From the NCBI RefSeq assembly GCF_020885515.1, contig NZ_AP024987.1, positions 180,001 through 212,000 of the forward strand: DNA of 32,000 bases, written 5' to 3'. The notes below the pieces were generated by a model. The model made no database searches and was not told the origin of the DNA. It saw nothing but the letters and a program-made list of their open reading frames with translations. This DNA is from a cyanobacterium endosymbiont of Braarudosphaera bigelowii (GTDB lineage: Bacteria > Cyanobacteriota > Cyanobacteriia > Cyanobacteriales > Microcystaceae). A program made the translations under genes and the position numbers. Of the stretch, positions 29,780 through 32,000 are shown one piece after another; the stretch's first letter is position 1; each line of letters starts with the position of its first letter.

Positions 29780-30283
29780 TTAATTATAATCTACTAAATT
29801 TTGGCTATATACAAAGAAAAGACTATCATATAAAGATTGAACAGTAAACTTGATCTATATGGCAAACATGCCTATGTTATTTTTTAAGGAAATATATCTT
29901 TTCTTCAGAAGATAACTGAATTTCTTAACTTTACCTCCCGCATTACTTTAATAGCGGAATCACTAAAATACCATCCAGAATTCTTAAGTATCTATAAATC
30001 ATACTTATAACAATACTTTAAATAACTTAACTAGAATCTAAAGATACTTTAGATGTATACTTAGGTATGGACGTTATCTAATTCGCCAATTTTAATAAAT
30101 TATTAGCTTTTAAGTTTAAACAAAAATCTTTTGAGAAACTAGATAGGGCTAACTTATAAAAATCGAATTAAAGAAAACGATATATTCAAAGATCAAATAA
30201 AAATTTTGATTAAATTAATGAGTAAATAGTAGGTAAAATGCCTCACCATGACAAAGGGGAACCATAAAGGAGTTGACTTATAA

Positions 30284-30826
30284 ATGTTAGTACATACCCT
30301 ATCTGTTACTGCAGGACTTGCAAGTCTATTTCTTTACTTATCAGCATTTTTTTTTCCTAGATTACATAGAAAAGATGATTTTTTCTGGAGTGGCCTTGGA
30401 CTATTTTACTCCTTATCTCTCTGGATCTGTGTAGAAGAAGTGACAGAAGGTTTATTATTAGGACAATTATGTATTTTAATTTTAGTCTTATCTTTTGGAT
30501 GGCAAAATTTTCGGTTGAGAAATACAATGATTAATTTAGAGCATCAAACAAACTTTACTGAGTTTTCTTTTCTAGGCTGGATTCAACATCTTTTAAAAAG
30601 ACAGTCTTTTTTTTCTACAGTTTCATCTAATAAGAATAAAAAACCTGGTTTTAACTATCGTAAAAAAGAATTGAATTTAGAGAAAAAAAATACTATAGAA
30701 AATGAAGATATCGGTATTTCTAAGGAGACACAAAATAAAATTCTCTTAGATTTAGATGAGGAAAAAATATCTAATACAGAAAATAAAAGCTTTTCGTTTA
30801 AATCTCTTTTTCCATTTAGTAAATGA
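30284..30826 (+). CDS. ycf66: Ycf66 family protein, apparently truncated by an in-frame TGA at 30824-30826
   Basis: 180-aa ORF; FLYLSAFFFPRLHRKDDFFWSGLGLFYSLSLWICVEEVTEGLLLGQ typical of Ycf66; RBS-like AAAGGAG upstream. Confidence 0.85.
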   Translation: MLVHTLSVTAGLASLFLYLSAFFFPRLHRKDDFFWSGLGLFYSLSLWICVEEVTEGLLLGQLCILILVLSFGWQNFRLRNTMINLEHQTNFTEFSFLGWIQHLLKRQSFFSTVSSNKNKKPGFNYRKKELNLEKKNTIENEDIGISKETQNKILLDLDEEKISNTENKSFSFKSLFPFSK

Positions 30827-31012
30827 AGTTTACAACTTGCTCCTAAAATATCAGAACATAACATAAATAAGAAATTATTAGATTCTCAGAATACAGATTT
30901 TGAGTCGAATAAGAAGTTTAAATATCCTAAAATTCAAATTATCGAAAACCAAGAAAAGGTTATCAATTATGATGAAAATTTTATAGATAAAACTAAAAAA
31001 GAGCAATCCTAA
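30827..31012 (+). other. in-frame open extension of ycf66 beyond the TGA (61 sense codons then TAA)
   Basis: Same reading frame; SLQLAPKISEHNINKKLLDSQNTDFESNKKFKYPKIQIIENQEKVINYDENFIDKTKKEQS. Confidence 0.6.
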
Positions 31013-31178
31013 TAAAATTAGGAAATAAGAATATTATCAACACCTATAAAAAATATTCGATTTCTAAACAGCCTATTTTTTCTTTTTTATTTATATTTTA
31101 AAACCATTTTAATTTTTGTGTTTTCTTAATGTTTAAAAAATATGATTGATAATATTTGAGATATATTTCACACTAATT

Positions 31179-32000
31179 TTAATCTTGTTTAACGATAGAA
31201 ACCCAAGGATCCAAAATATCTTTAAATAAGATCTCTTCAACCCATGTTTTAGCAACTACTGCCAAAGGGAGAGCTAATAATAAACCTAATACACCAAAAA
31301 ATTGAGCAAAAAATATTTGTACTACTAAAGTAACAACGGGAAGCAATGATACCTGCTTAGCCATTACTAAGGGAGTTAACCAATAGCTTTCAACATTTTG
31401 AATAATAATATACCAAAGAATAATTGCTCCTATTTTCCATGGTTCATCTAGTAGTGCTACCATTAATGGAAAAATTACACTTGTAACTGGACCAATATTA
31501 GGAATAAAGTTAAGTAGTCCTGCTAGTAATGCATGAACTAATACTAATCTAATTTGTAAAAACCATAGTCCTAATCCACTTAGTGTTCCAATAAATAAAC
31601 AATTTACAATGATCCCTATTAACCAATTTCCTAAAGCATTTTCGGAAAGTGTCAAAATTTCATCTCCACGTTGTCGATAAAATGATGGAAAAAGCTTTAA
31701 GAATATACAACGGTATCTATGAGGATTTAAAATCATCATTATAGTTAATATAAAAATAAAAATAAGTTGTAAGATAATCGTCAAAGAATTAGAAAAAATT
31801 GTAAAAAAGTTTGAAAAAATATCTGTAAATAAAGGCTGTAACTGAGAAAATAAGTCATCTAGAGAAGGAGGTGATGGCATTAAAGATAGATAACCTTGAT
31901 TCTCTAAGAGTAAAATTAAATAACTGCGTAGTTTTTCTCCAATATTAGGTAATAAACTTAGCAATTTTTGAAATTGATCGAAAAAGGGAGGAACTATTAA
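31179..32000 (-). CDS. AI-2E/PerM-family transporter, 5' end outside the window
   Basis: The track starts at 31964, but the frame stays open to the window edge, reading LIVPPFFDQFQKLLSLLPNIG; GLWFLQIRLVLVHALLAGLLNFIPNIGPVTSVIFPLMVALLD is typical of the family. Confidence 0.9.
   Translation of the reverse strand, partial: LIVPPFFDQFQKLLSLLPNIGEKLRSYLILLLENQGYLSLMPSPPSLDDLFSQLQPLFTDIFSNFFTIFSNSLTIILQLIFIFILTIMMILNPHRYRCIFLKLFPSFYRQRGDEILTLSENALGNWLIGIIVNCLFIGTLSGLGLWFLQIRLVLVHALLAGLLNFIPNIGPVTSVIFPLMVALLDEPWKIGAIILWYIIIQNVESYWLTPLVMAKQVSLLPVVTLVVQIFFAQFFGVLGLLLALPLAVVAKTWVEEILFKDILDPWVSIVKQD

Noticed and set aside
29780-30283. Intergenic gap checked for a minus-strand remnant (MIYRYLRILDGILVIPLLK*)
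   Set aside because: Only 19 codons before a stop and no continuation in frame; indistinguishable from chance.
30655-30864. 69-aa minus-strand ORF opposite the ycf66 tail
   Set aside because: Antisense shadow ORF in low-complexity AT-rich coding sequence.
31179-31964. ORF-track start of the PerM-like gene at 31964
   Set aside because: The start is a TTG internal to a frame that remains open to the window edge with family-typical sequence, so I treat the gene as truncated by the window rather than starting there.
1-32000. CRISPR arrays, retrons, toxin-antitoxin pairs, prophage or defence systems
   Set aside because: No regularly spaced direct repeats, reverse transcriptase, integrase, transposase, Cas or nuclease-cluster signatures seen; the GIY-YIG protein at 6087-6626 stands alone with no partner gene.

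Overview
AT-rich window (32 kb) that reads as a compact-to-degrading cyanobacterial chromosome segment. It carries 28 supportable protein genes and one tRNA-Ser(CGA), about 78% coding by summing the accepted ORFs. I see no CRISPR array, transposase, prophage, rRNA or nif gene. Almost all genes are recognisable housekeeping or cyanobacterial/plastid-lineage families: TruB, ETHE1-like MBL, Alr, S6, Tic20, LepB, a DnaK3-like/DnaJ pair, Nfu, LysS, Ktr/Trk K+ transport, dCMP deaminase, dUTPase, ThyA-like, RseP, GlmM/PGM-like, ThiO, CobU, subtilase, AroK, QueC, Ycf66 and PerM/AI-2E-like. Base composition, long AT-rich intergenic gaps and interrupted frames suggest a reduced genome, such as a symbiotic unicellular diazotroph relative; this lineage assignment is inference. 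I found no convincing new defence or mobile system. The best second-look items are: (1) a two-domain protein joining an MtrA/DUF4346-like N-terminal region to a thymidylate-synthase-like C-terminal domain, next to dCMP deaminase and dUTPase; (2) a ycf66 reading frame that continues 61 codons past a single in-frame TGA; (3) a TGA-interrupted remnant ORF upstream of rpsF; (4) several unusually long, perfect AT-rich intergenic hairpins, up to a 20-bp stem, two of which share a TAGTAATAG/CTATTACTA core; (5) a subtilase with a multi-pass membrane C-terminus.
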